49,609 nucleotides of DNA from Phoronis australis (Eukaryota; Animalia; Phoronida): NCBI GenBank assembly GCA_002633005.1, contig NMRA01000440.1, forward strand, positions 333,504 to 383,112, in the 5' to 3' direction. Below are positions 1-10,909 of the stretch, in pieces (positions within the stretch are counted from its first letter, which is position 1; each line of letters opens with the position of its first letter). A program made the translations under genes and the position numbers. The notes below the pieces were generated by a model that was not told the origin of the DNA, did no database searches, and saw only the letters and a list, made by a program, of their open reading frames with translations.

Positions 1-24
1 TACTGGACTTACGGTACGTGGAGA

Positions 25-65
25 TGGCTACGTTGCGTCCTCCTCTCGAGGACTTCATCAGGCCA
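25..65 (-). ncRNA. Minimal type I hammerhead-ribozyme-like motif in the Penelope pseudo-LTR (variant core)
   Basis: Minus strand reads TGGC-CTGATGA-A-GTCCTC-GAGAG-GAGGAC-GCAA-CGT-A-GCCA: stem I TGGC/GCCA, CUGAUGA box, stem II GTCCTC/GAGGAC, GCAA in place of GAAA, palindromic ACGT stem III. It lies just 3' of a PLE GIY-YIG ORF, where such motifs are known. Confidence 0.7.
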
Positions 66-142
66 CTGAGTTGTCACGTGACTTGTCATGTGATCCGTCA
101 TACAGTTTCCGCGGGATTCTCTTCAGTGCCCTATCCCATGTC

Positions 143-538
143 CTAGGTAAGTGAAACCGCAGCCCCCCGTCTATTGAGGCTAGGATTCTCGATTCTCTCG
201 TAGATAGCTTCTATGACCCCTCTCCGAAACCAATTTTCTTCTCTATCCAGGATCTTCACATCTTCCATGGCGAAAGAGTGGTCTGTGGAAGTCATGTGAG
301 TAAAAACTGCAGAATCATAGCAGTCCCCATAACTGGACCTCCGATGCTGGTTGAAACGACTTTTCAGGGCTTCTTTGGTTTCCCCAATATATGTTGCTCC
401 ACACCCCGGTTCCGAGCATGAAATGCCATACACCACATTTGATGTTTTCTCTTTGCTGGTTTTGTCTTTCACATTTAACAATTGACTCCTTAGGGTGTTA
501 ACAGGTTTGAATACAACAGCAATGTCGTATCCCCTCAT
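143..538 (-). mobile_element. Penelope-like retroelement, 5'-truncated; C-terminal GIY-YIG endonuclease coding remnant
   Basis: ORF has NVVYGISCSEPGCGATYIGET...RFNQH...SAVFTH...H...ILDREENWFRRGVIEAIYERIENPSLNR, the PLE GIY-YIG pattern with CCHH residues. Confidence 0.9.
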
Positions 539-551
539 ATGTGATTTGGGT

Positions 552-604
552 GTCCTCGAGAGGAGGACGCAACGCAGCCATCTCCACGTACCGTAAGTCC
601 AGTA
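552..604 (+). repeat. Inverted partial copy of the Penelope pseudo-LTR end
   Basis: 552-604 is the reverse complement of 1-53 with one mismatch. An inverted pLTR segment at the truncated 5' end is typical of PLEs. Confidence 0.85.
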
Positions 605-605
605 G

Positions 606-2325
606 TAGATTTATTGTTTCTTATATCTTAGACTTAACGTTTTCGAGTTATTTGACTTTTAATTTCAAAAAAAAAAACAGCAAATTTTCAATTTTTTCGA
701 ATTTTTTTTTGATTTTTGCCAAACAATCACTTTAGATAGAGTTTTGAACGGGCTTCCAGAAAATATTTTCCATTTTGCGCTACAACGTCTACTTTTTGAG
801 TTATTAAAGATTTTCGGATACCGTTGTTCCAATTCGGTCACCTATGCAAGGACCCAGCTGCCTGGCTTTCAGTTCACTTTGTTTTGGTTATACCTAGTTG
901 AACCCAACTGACCCAGCCAGCACTGTCCTACTGTAGACTGGACTGTCATTGCGGCATCTATTGTTCTTAATTGTAGTTGATTGTATGCTCTCTATTTGAT
1001 TTCTTCGGTAGTCACATGAATGTTATCGTGTTATTCATAATTGCGGCCTTGATCGTCATGATTGTCGTTGTCCCCCTCATCGTCGTCTTTTCGATTAATT
1101 CCGCCAAGTGTCGCTCTTCCGAGCGCTCTCCTTTACTTATCATTTGGTGAAATAAATTTCCCCAAGTATTTGTTTGTTCGCACGATACAGGTCGCAATTT
1201 TCGTCCGATAATCACAAAATTTACACATAACACGTAGCTTTGAAAGTACTGGAAGCCTATTGTTTTTCGTCATAATCGGATCCAAGATGGCGGATGTGGT
1301 GGCCATTTTATTTTCATTTTAAGATTCAAAGGCTTCTGGAGGCTACAATTTCTTACGTACAGGTTTGAAACTCAGCACAATGGACTGGATGTGCACTACA
1401 TGTGTACCAGAAATTGCTCACTTCCGTTAAAAGATGGCAGAAATATTGGCATTCGCGCATGGGCACCTCGATTTCGGAAAAAACGTTTTCTCCTGTAGAG
1501 GGCGCATTATAGGACCAATTCCTTTGAATTTTTGCAGTTATTATTTTTTTATGACTTGCTATTATACAAAGCCAAAAACTGGAAGTTGCTTTCAAGATGG
1601 CGGATCTGGCGCATGTTGACCCATTTTCAGTCGTGCTGAGGTGCCATTTAAACGGGGGGAGGAAACGACGTGAATTTTTGCACGTGGATTCTATAAGGTA
1701 TACTCTTTCAAATGAACTCTAACAATTTTTTTCTCAGACTTACCGTTTTCGAGACATTTGACTTAAAAAAAAAAACGCAAATAATGTTTTTCGAAAAATT
1801 TACAGAATTGTGTTATACAATCAATTTAGATAGAGTTTTGAACTGGCTTTCAGAAGATGTTTTCCATTTTTTGCTAAGACGTCTCCTTTCAAGTTATTTT
1901 CTGATAACGCTGTTCCTTTGTCGAGCGCTCTTGCTGATGTTGGTTTAGCTTCTATTGAACTAGACTGTAGCCTATTTCTTATTGATTTATGACATCTAAG
2001 TTCGTCATATGAATGTTTTGATGTATTTCATCATCTCTACCACCATCATCATATTTGTCATCTTCGTCATCATCTCCGACGTTGTCTTTTCTTCAGTTAA
2101 TTTCGCCAAGTGTCGCTCAAGACTGTAGCCTATCTCATAGTGATTTCTGACATCTACGTTCGTCATATGAATGATATCATAACTTGCATTGTCCATCATC
2201 GCCACCATCGTCGTCATAGCTGTCATCTTCGTCATCATCTCTGTCGTCGTCTTTTCTGGTCATCTCTAACGTGTATTTTTTGGTTAATTTCGCCAAGTTT
2301 TGCCCCTTGGAGCGCTTTCATTTAT
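606..2325 (+). repeat. Interspersed repeat family A, about 1.5 tandem units of ~1.14 kb with (TCA/TCG)n-rich tracts
   Basis: 606-1130 resembles 1720-2325. The ~1160-2325 unit recurs inverted, twice, at 36770-39060. Confidence 0.8.
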
Positions 2326-2329
2326 TTAA

Positions 2330-2790
2330 TTTAAACTTCTTTAAAAGACTGGGTGACCACTTCAGTGAATACACTGATTTTCAAGTGGACCCAGTCGGAA
2401 ATAATTACATGAAGTAAAATACAGAGGGCTATGAACATTTAGATGGAAAAGATTAATAAATGAAATAAATTAGTATAAAAATTTGTTAATATATACAATT
2501 ATATGAATAAATAAGATAAAATAGAATACAGTAATGATGAGCTAAGGCCTACAGCTCTGAACCACGCACAATGTCCCAGTAATTCTGTTTGAAGACGTGG
2601 ACATTGTGCGAATTCGCGACGGCAGTCCCCAGCCCATTGTAAGCGACAGCAACTCTGTAGGCGATAGTTCTTTTGCTACAGTTGTTTTTTGGTTTAACTG
2701 GTACCAGGCAGCCAGGAGCACTCGTTTTAGATCATGAGGGATATGTCTAATGGAAGATCAAGGAAATCGTGTAAATCATGTGTTCTGCAA
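2330..2790 (-). mobile_element. 3' remnant of an L2/CR1-clade LINE
   Basis: Minus-strand translation of ~2580-2700 gives PVKPKNNCSKRTIAYRVAVAYNGLGTAVANSHNVHVFKQ, like the C-terminus of CR1/L2 ORF2 (RTFxYRxxxxWNxL...FK), followed by an AT-rich 3' UTR. Confidence 0.55.
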
Positions 2791-3250
2791 CTAGTGTGTG
2801 TATGTTCGCTTAAAATAGCACTGAGCACTTGTTTAGAGTGTGTTATAATTGTTATGAAATTATGAGAGGCCTCTGTGCAAGACATAATCATCCATGCGTC
2901 ACCATTCAATCAAATGTTCTTCCTGGAGTAAGAAAACAGGATAAAAACAATATAGAGTTGCTAACCAGTTCAACATGCAAGAAGAGCTTTAGTCAATATA
3001 CTCTGATCCTTTGGTAAGAACGAATGACAAGGTTTGATAATTAATAAACTTCCAACTCACTGGTGGAGAATGTTACGGAGTCTGAGCTGAATACTTTCAT
3101 TCTTCAGAAAGGATAGTTTTTGAGAGGGTGACAGAATGAGAGATTTATTGATGGAGGGCCGGCAGTCAGAAAGGAAATGGAAACACCCTATTAGCCTACA
3201 TAAACAAATATTTCACAATAAACAAACAGTTTTGTTGTTTCGAATTATAC

Positions 3251-3497
3251 CTGAATTCGTCGTTCGGATACCACCATTTCCGCAATAGTCAGACTGGCGT
3301 GAGCATAATTGAAAACCATCATAGACATAATCCAAAAGTACTGGGCACACATATAGATCAAGTGAGAGACCAGTCGACCTCCAGGCAGAACGTAAGATAA
3401 CACAAACGGCAGGTAAAACAACTTTGCTTGGGAAACAAGAGAAGCAGCCCCAACCGACTGATAATGCTTAGATTGTCGTATCGTAGCAACTTCACTC
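3251..3497 (-). CDS. ABCC4-like: V1: ABCC4-like TMD1 TM5-TM6 alternative exon (247 nt)
   Basis: ttttag|G AGT GAA...ATT CAG|gtataa; SEVATIRQSKHYQSVGAASLVSQAKLFYLPFVLSYVLPGGRLVSHLIYMCAQYFWIMSMMVFNYAHASLTIAEMVVSERRIQ; phase 2 to 0, no stops. Confidence 0.85.
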
Positions 3498-4007
3498 CTA
3501 AAACAACAAAGGACGATAAGTGTCAAACAGTGAAGACACACTGCGCACAACATAACATTCAACAGTTCAACTGCAGTTAGCTATAGTAGCGGGGTGTACA
3601 TGACGCTACAAAAGCCAATACATTGGAAGATGAATGACGAGAATGTCCAGGCACATAGCAAAGAGTTGAAGAACAAACTCGCAGTAGTTACCTGATTCAA
3701 AGACAGATCTCAAATTGTTAAGATGGAATTATACAGAAGTAAGAACAGAGTGATAGATGTTAATAACTGCCAACAATTTAGTCATTAATTTTAGTCCATC
3801 TACCACAAGGCTAACTTGAGTGGCTAACAAATACAAGGACCATTTTAGTCAGACCGTTGGTCAGACCCATTAGCTAGCTATCCACAAATGGGTCATTTTA
3901 GCCACCAGTTAGTTCATTTCCTTACCACCCAAATTGTTTTTAAGTGGAAATTGATGACTTGGCTATCCATCATAAACTGATTGTGACAATAAACAAAAGC
4001 CTCTAAC

Positions 4008-5018
4008 CAGGGCTTTATCCAGGATTTCAAAAATAGGGTGTCCAAAATGGGGTTCCCAATATTCCAGGGCGTCCATGATTCGAACGACACATTACCCCCA
4101 CTCCCCACCACCATTCACCAGCAACCCCCTCCCCCCACACACAGTGAGGTTTTTTATAAAAAATGCGTTGAACAAGGCTTTTACATCTAAATTTAAAAAA
4201 AACAGCTTCATTGTACTGAGCTTTTTACTAAAAAAATGTATGGATCAAGATTTATGTCTAAATTTACAAAACAAAGCCAAATAGCATACCAAACAGGTAT
4301 TACAGATATTGGTTGAACAATGAGTGCACTGTTTTTGATGATCTCAAGTCAAATTGCTGCTATAAAGTTTATCATATCATCTTAACTAGCTTTATATTAC
4401 ATTCAATGAGTCATCAAAGCTGCAGTTACCAACACAAGAAAAATGCACTGATGACGTGTGGTTTATATTTTGGCAACAGGTATCACTGCTGCTGCATATT
4501 AAGACGCACATAGAAAAGCATGAAACGGGTGCAAACTCAAACATTTTAAATGGGCATATTCTTGTGGCGCATCATATTATTAAAATAATGACATTTATTT
4601 TGCTTTTGATGTTTTTTAAAAAAAGATGAAACTACAGCTCTGAAACACCAGTTCGGAGTTAACCAAGGTCGGTGTCCCTGTACTGAATTGCAGTGAGATA
4701 TAAGACCCCTGAAAGCCAGACACTCTGGCAATCAAGCAGGTGCTTATGATTGACAAGTCTACAAAATACTTTGAAAATAGTTTGAACAATGCAATATTTT
4801 ATATACATTGTATATTTCCTTTCCAGTTGAAAGAGCCAACTTCTATCTTTCATTAACTGGGAGTCCTGTTAATCTTACAATGTGGGTGTCCAAATTCTGA
4901 TTGACAGGGTGCCCAAATGATACACTGGGCACCGTGGCAAGGGCATCCAGATTAGTGCTAGAGCGTCCAAATGGACACTCAGGATATACGCTGCATGAAG
5001 GCCTGTCTCTAAGCCCTG
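4008..5018. mobile_element. Probable non-autonomous DNA transposon (hAT-like ends)
   Basis: Short terminal inverted repeat CAGGGCTT...AAGCCCTG with repeated GGGTGTCCAAA subterminal motifs. No 8-bp TSD visible. Confidence 0.45.
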
Positions 5019-5239
5019 CACATGTGTATCATTTGAAGTAAGCAGCCCTGCTACATACACATGCTAGTGGAAACACAAGCTGTAGCGGGGTAAAATAAAC
5101 TGCTTGCAAAACTGCAAAAACCATTCTTTTAACTGTTCACATTTTATGTACTAGCTAAAGTGCCATAGAAAGCAGTAGTGTGTTAGCCAATTGCAGTCAA
5201 ACAGAGAAACATAGCAGGGAGGAAGAACAAGTAGTCTCC

Positions 5240-5750
5240 TTTATATAGACATATGATCAGATGTATGTCCAGATGCATGACCGGATGTATGTCCAGGTGT
5301 ATGACCAGATATACTACCAGACGAAAGACCAGATGTAATTCCAGACATATGACCAACATATAAAAAAATACTGTAGGCTGTCTGGTACATGAACTAGACA
5401 CGTGCAGGCAAGCCGCTCATGTGGGCCCATTGTGCAATTCACCTGAAACCATAATGCTTAATTAATATGCATACACAAAATCGAGCTAAGGCGCTAAAAA
5501 CCCAACTCAAGGGTCTAGCAGTGAGCCCCAGTGGGACTCAATCCCACAATCTTTAATACGGGAAGCGGACAATCATTCCACTAGGGCATAACGCTTCCTC
5601 TACATATGACCAAATGTATGACCAGATGTGTGACCAGATCTGTAATCAGAAAAAGGCAAAATTGTATAGACGAACTGCCAGAGGTATGATTAGAAGTATG
5701 ACCAGATACATAACCAGAGGTATGAGCAGACGTATGACCAGATGCTGCCA
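5240..5750. repeat. Degenerate 12-bp tandem repeats (GTATGACCAGAT-like), two tracts
   Basis: Tracts at ~5245-5400 and ~5600-5745, with a SINE copy between them. Confidence 0.65.
5480..5595 (-). mobile_element. tRNA-derived SINE, family S2
   Basis: Reverse complement contains GTGGGATTGAGTCCCACTGGGGCTCACTGCTAGACCCTTGAGTTGGGTTTTTAGC, matching the copy at 40870-41230. Confidence 0.6.
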
Positions 5751-6405
5751 TCAACGCAGGAAAATGCAAAATTGACAATGGACGTGCACTACCAACTGCT
5801 TAAAGATGAACATGGGGCTTTTGCTTCATCAAAGAGAAAATTAGGAGATAACTTGGTGCCTAGAAATGGTGTGCACAAGAGAATGGTCTGACTATTCACA
5901 CAACCAGGAAGGTTTGTGACTGTGAGCGGCAAGCTCTACGGCACAATACACGAACATTAAACTATGTCACAGCAAGGCAATTAAATACCGTATTTCACTA
6001 CACACCAGTCCAGTTCTAATGTCTACTGATACTACGCCAAAGCAAAGTCCAACTACATTAGGCAAATTAAACTGATCATGATTTATCAGAACAGTTTTTA
6101 TAAATTCATTTTAACAAATCATATGAATGGTATATTATGATATAAATGGTTGGCAAGAGTTCATATTAATGATGTATACAATTTTGCATGCAGTTTATCA
6201 TCTTAATAAGTTACATAATTTCTAATTAATGAAATATGATATAAAAGGTTTTCTATGAATGATGATCATCATCAGCCTGATATGAATTGATATCCACCAC
6301 ACAGGTGTATATGACAAAGAGATCAGCTGATATCCAACAACATGAAGATATACATGACAAAGAGGTCACCAACAAGCTCCCTGCCTTCTGCGGTGAAAAC
6401 AACTA

Positions 6406-6752
6406 CCGTAATCGTTCGGGTTAACGCCCTGGGCGGTTAAATTGGCGAACCCAAAAAATCGGGGGTGGGCGGTTAACCAGACATGGGCGCTTAAACGTGA
6501 AATTTCAAGAAATCGGGGGGGGGGGGCGGTTAACTGAACATGGGCGCTTATTACGACAGGCAACCGCCCTGGGCGGTTAATCTTACCTTATGATCTGAGT
6601 CACCACACGTACTAAGCCACATACTGGGATCGCCTAACACTTTGAAAAGAACTTTATCGCCACCAAGTGCGTACTCTGCGCACTCTAATTAACAAATAGT
6701 TTCGAAAATGTAGAGTGTGGTCAAACTCCGAACGCTTGCATAGAAAGTTTGC
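6406..6752 (+). mobile_element. End of a Tc1/mariner(pogo)-type non-autonomous element inserted at TA, truncated by the gap
   Basis: Starts TA|CCGTAATCG with repeated GGGCGGTTAA motifs. The empty site is seen at ~8865-8875, and an inverted copy of this end lies at 31510-31640. Confidence 0.7.
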
Positions 6753-7006
6753 NNNNNNNNNNNNNNNNNNNNNNNNNNNNNNNNNNNNNNNNNNNNNNNN
6801 NNNNNNNNNNNNNNNNNNNNNNNNNNNNNNNNNNNNNNNNNNNNNNNNNNNNNNNNNNNNNNNNNNNNNNNNNNNNNNNNNNNNNNNNNNNNNNNNNNNN
6901 NNNNNNNNNNNNNNNNNNNNNNNNNNNNNNNNNNNNNNNNNNNNNNNNNNNNNNNNNNNNNNNNNNNNNNNNNNNNNNNNNNNNNNNNNNNNNNNNNNNN
7001 NNNNNN
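6753..7006. other. Assembly gap
   Basis: Run of 254 N. Confidence 1.
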
Positions 7007-7307
7007 AAATGCAAAATTGACAATGGACGTGCACTACCAACTGTTTAAAGATGAACATGGGGCTTTTGCTTCATCAAGGAGAAAATTAGGAGATAACTTG
7101 GTGCCTAGAAATGATGTGCACAAGAGAATGGTCTGACTATTCACACAACCAGGGAGGTTTGTGACTGTGAGCGGCAAGCTCTACGGCACAATACACGAAC
7201 ATTAAACTATGTCACAGCAAGGCAATTAAATACCGTATTTCACTACACACCAGTTCTAATTGTCTACTGATACTACGCCAAAGCTAAGTGCATCTACATT
7301 AGGCAAA

Positions 7308-8543
7308 CTAGAAAGATTATTGTCACGGCGTGACAATAACGGACTCTGCGCGTGCATATTACTGAAATTATTATGGGAAGTTACTGACAGCAACCCGTTT
7401 ACCAATATGAAAAGGAATTCTTTAAAATTGTAGGAGAAATTACATAATAATTTTTTGATGACCTTTCCACTATTTGACCTCTTCCGGTGCATTATAAGCC
7501 CCGATGAGGGAGTAATTGTTAACTCGATTAAAAGTGTGGTTAATGCTAATAATCGCAGATGTTTTACTTTAAGCACTTCAGAATAAAAGATGAATGAAAT
7601 GGTCAAACTTTCAGAAGAAAAATGCACCTAATGACCCCATGGGTGCACCGAATGACCTGAAAATTTAGAATTCAAACTCAATCACACTTAGTAAACAGAT
7701 ACGTAATTCTGAAGCCTCTAGCTCAAAATTTTAGTTTGCACTCAATGACCTTTGACCTATTTTTTCTGATTGGTTAGACCTGTTGCGAAGTAAAGTAGGG
7801 TATTCAATTGGCATGTTGACTTACACCAGTGTGCTGAAATTGAAAAGAATTCCTTGAAAAACATAAGAGATATAACATTTTGAACGTTACATGACCTTGG
7901 CACTAATTGACCTTATCCGGTGCATTTTAAGCATCTTTAAGAGAATTATTTCAAAGCCCATGGAAAATGTGGTTAACGCTGAGTATTACAGTTGTCTAAC
8001 CGTTGACACATCAGAATACTTGCTGATTGAAAAGGTCAAATTTTCAGAAGAAAAATGCACCTAATGACCCCATGTTTGCACTAAATGACCTGAAACTTTG
8101 GATTCAGATTTGATTTACCTGTGGCTATCACACATGTCAATTTTAAGTGTCTAGCTCAAAATTTGAGTTTGCACCTAATGACCTTTGACCTATTTCACCT
8201 GATTGGATGACCCGATTACTTAGAAAAGTAATTTTTTAAATTGCCCTGTTGATTTATACCTGTGCACCGAATTTGAAAAAGATAGCTTTAAAAATGAAGG
8301 AGTAGCATTTTGAAAATTATATGACCTTTGCACCAAACGACCTCTTCCGGTGCAATATGGAATATGATTATATAACCAATCAAAATTTATATACTGTCAA
8401 AAGTCATATGCTGACCGTACCTGCACCCAATTTGGAGTTATTAAGCCTCAAAGTTGGTCGGAAGAAGAATAAGAAGAATAATAAGAATAAAATTGAAGAA
8501 AACCCAGGAACAACAGTACTCTGCGCTTACACGCGCAGAGTAA
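7308..8543 (-). mobile_element. Non-autonomous Helentron/Helitron2-type element (HINE/DINE-1-like)
   Basis: Precise insertion without TSD relative to the empty site GGCAAA|TTAAACTG at ~6061-6074. Subterminal inverted repeat ACTCTGCGCGTG, palindrome ACTCTGCGC-TTACAC-GCGCAGAGT at one end, stem-loop TTATTGTCAC-GGC-GTGACAATAA plus CTAG at the other, (AAG/AAT)n microsatellite at ~8460-8490, and ~432-bp internal tandem units (starts ~7484, 7917, 8347). Confidence 0.75.
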
Positions 8544-10662
8544 TTAGACTGATCATGATGTATCAGAACAGTTTTTATAAATTCAGTTTAACAAATCATA
8601 TGAATGGTATATTATGATATAAATGGTTGGCAAGAGTGTATACAATTTTGCATGCAGTTTATCATCTTAATAAGTTACATAATTTCTAATTAATGAAATA
8701 TGATCTAAAAGATTTTCTATGAATGATGATCATTATCATCAGCCTGATATGAATTGATATCCACCACACAGGTGTACATGACAAAGGGATCAGCTGATAT
8801 CCAACAACATGAAGATATACATGACAAAGAGGTAACCAACAAGCTCCCTGTCTTCTGTGGTGAAAACAACTATGTTGCAATTAGTGTAAAATGAAATGTG
8901 TGGAGTGCACCCGCTGTGTCAAACATGTGAAACATGGCTTCCTGGCCCAACCCCATGAGTGGAGTGCACCCTAGTGTAATAAAAGTGAAACATGGCTTGC
9001 TAGTTAAAACCGATGATTGCAGCGTGCCCCCTCCCAATGTGTCATACATATCACTTTTGAACCTCTTAATTTGTTTGTCCATGGAGACATAACCATTAAT
9101 ACCACAAAGCCACCTAAAGAAAACAAATTGCACACTAGAATTGAAGGCATATTCTCACCAGCGCCCCCTTAATTGGAAGTAAATCACTATAGTAGAGACT
9201 CTTGAACATTCTCAACATTATTTGAACTTTTAACATGGCACCAACAGCTATTAAGTACAGTATGTTAACAAACTTGCTCTTCAAGGAAATCTACAGATGT
9301 GGAATTTTCTGTGTTGATTCCTACTTCTTAATAGTAACTCTATTTATAATCCTAAATGGCGACTGCCATGCTGGAGTATGAGAAACACACCCAAACACTG
9401 GAGACAGAACCAAGAATGAACAAAAGAGACCAATAACGCAATATTCCTTTACCTTGGATTTGACCTTTCAATGTCATGTGAGGTAAAGTTAAACAACATA
9501 AGAATAGTATTGTGTAGGACATTCCATAATGAAATCCTCGTCTCTGCAAGCAATTGTCCGGCATATGGATGGGTAATGAGGGAAGGGGAGACATGCGTGG
9601 GAAAGTGGGAGGCAGCGGAAAGAGAGACTGGAGAGACAGGAGAAAAAAGAGACTGACAAACAATACAAAGACCTCGCATTTGGATTAAACTTCAGACAAC
9701 ATCGACTTCAAAATTGAGGCTAAATCCGGTCCACTGTTATGCGTTTCTGCGGTATTTTGTCCAGCACCATGCCTCGCAGGTAAATGATCTACCACAGCTC
9801 AAACAGTGAATAAAAGCTAGTAGAACTACTTTCACCAAATAGTACTGAAATCTAATACACCCCTTTTGGATAATTTTTGCTAAGCAAAAATGATCCATAC
9901 CTAGCATTTCACGAGGAGCACAATTTCAGAAGTCAAACAGATTGAAAAATCAGTCCAAAATATATTGTTTTATTTTAGCCAGTGTTTAAGTGTGGTGAAG
10001 TCATGACTAATGCAGTAATTGATCTACTGCGCACAACAATGCCACTTACACTAAAAAAGTTGACACGGATCAGCTGACACGGAACGAGTTGTTCCAGCGC
10101 AAGTATGAGTCTAAACGGGACTAAACCGGAGCAAATTGATACCACGGTGACAACTTTTGCCACCCGTTTGTGAGGTAGAGCACTTGCGCTAGAACATCTT
10201 GCTCTGTGTCAATTATGTGTATAAACGTGAAACTGGGGCAAGGCGGAAAGGATCATATCTACTGCGCTTGTGTAATGACCTAAATACAGGTTCTCTGTCT
10301 CTTCAACTCCCGTCATTTGTAAACCTGCGCATATGTGATCCACTATCCATCCTACAATTTCCGTCTTGCCACATTTAGTGAGTTGTGTGTGTAAACGTAC
10401 GCTTGGCAAGGGTCAAGTTGCTCCATGTCAGTTGCGCCAGGCCAAAAGTTGATGTCTAAACGGGACTAAAAGAACCTTAGAACAGCATTCTTGATGATAG
10501 TCGTTACTATACAAATCTATTGACAAATCATAAGGTGCCGAGAAACGCAAGTTTCTTATGTGGAATGATAGACAAACAATGAAATCCTTGTAAAATCCCA
10601 AAACCCGTCAAGAATATCTCACAATATCCAAGCTATTTCTTAAGCTCAGTTTTGAATTTTAC

Positions 10663-10909
10663 CTCAATTCGATGAGTGGTCACCATCGTTTCACCAATTG
10701 TTAGACTAGAGTAAGCGTAATTGAAAACCATCATAGACATGATCCAGAAGTAATGGGCAGATGGAAACAGTGAGTGTGAGAGCAGAAGTCCACCAGACAG
10801 AACGTGAGGTATAACAAAAGGCAGGTAAAACACCTTCACTTGGTTCGCTAGTCCAGCTACGCCGAATGACTGATAACATTTAGATTGTCGGATTATGTCA
10901 ACTTCAGAC
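10663..10909 (-). CDS. ABCC4-like: V2: ABCC4-like TM5-TM6 alternative exon (247 nt), closest paralog of V1
   Basis: tttttag|G TCT GAA...ATT GAG|gtaaaa; SEVDIIRQSKCYQSFGVAGLANQVKVFYLPFVIPHVLSGGLLLSHSLFPSAHYFWIMSMMVFNYAYSSLTIGETMVTTHRIE. Confidence 0.85.

Larger units (their letters stand above)
5762..8872. repeat. Direct duplication (5762-6405 vs 7007-8872) straddling an N gap
   Basis: Near-identical sequence from AAATGCAAAATTGACAATGG to GTGAAAACAACTA in both copies. Each copy carries a different TE insertion. Confidence 0.9.

Noticed and set aside
6654-7058. ORFs spanning the N run
   Set aside because: Artefacts of the assembly gap.
9453-9697. Minus-strand stretch starting SEV and ending IQ near a GT, ~245 nt
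   Set aside because: Stop codon right after SEV, no AG acceptor, wrong end phase and a low-complexity CT-rich middle.
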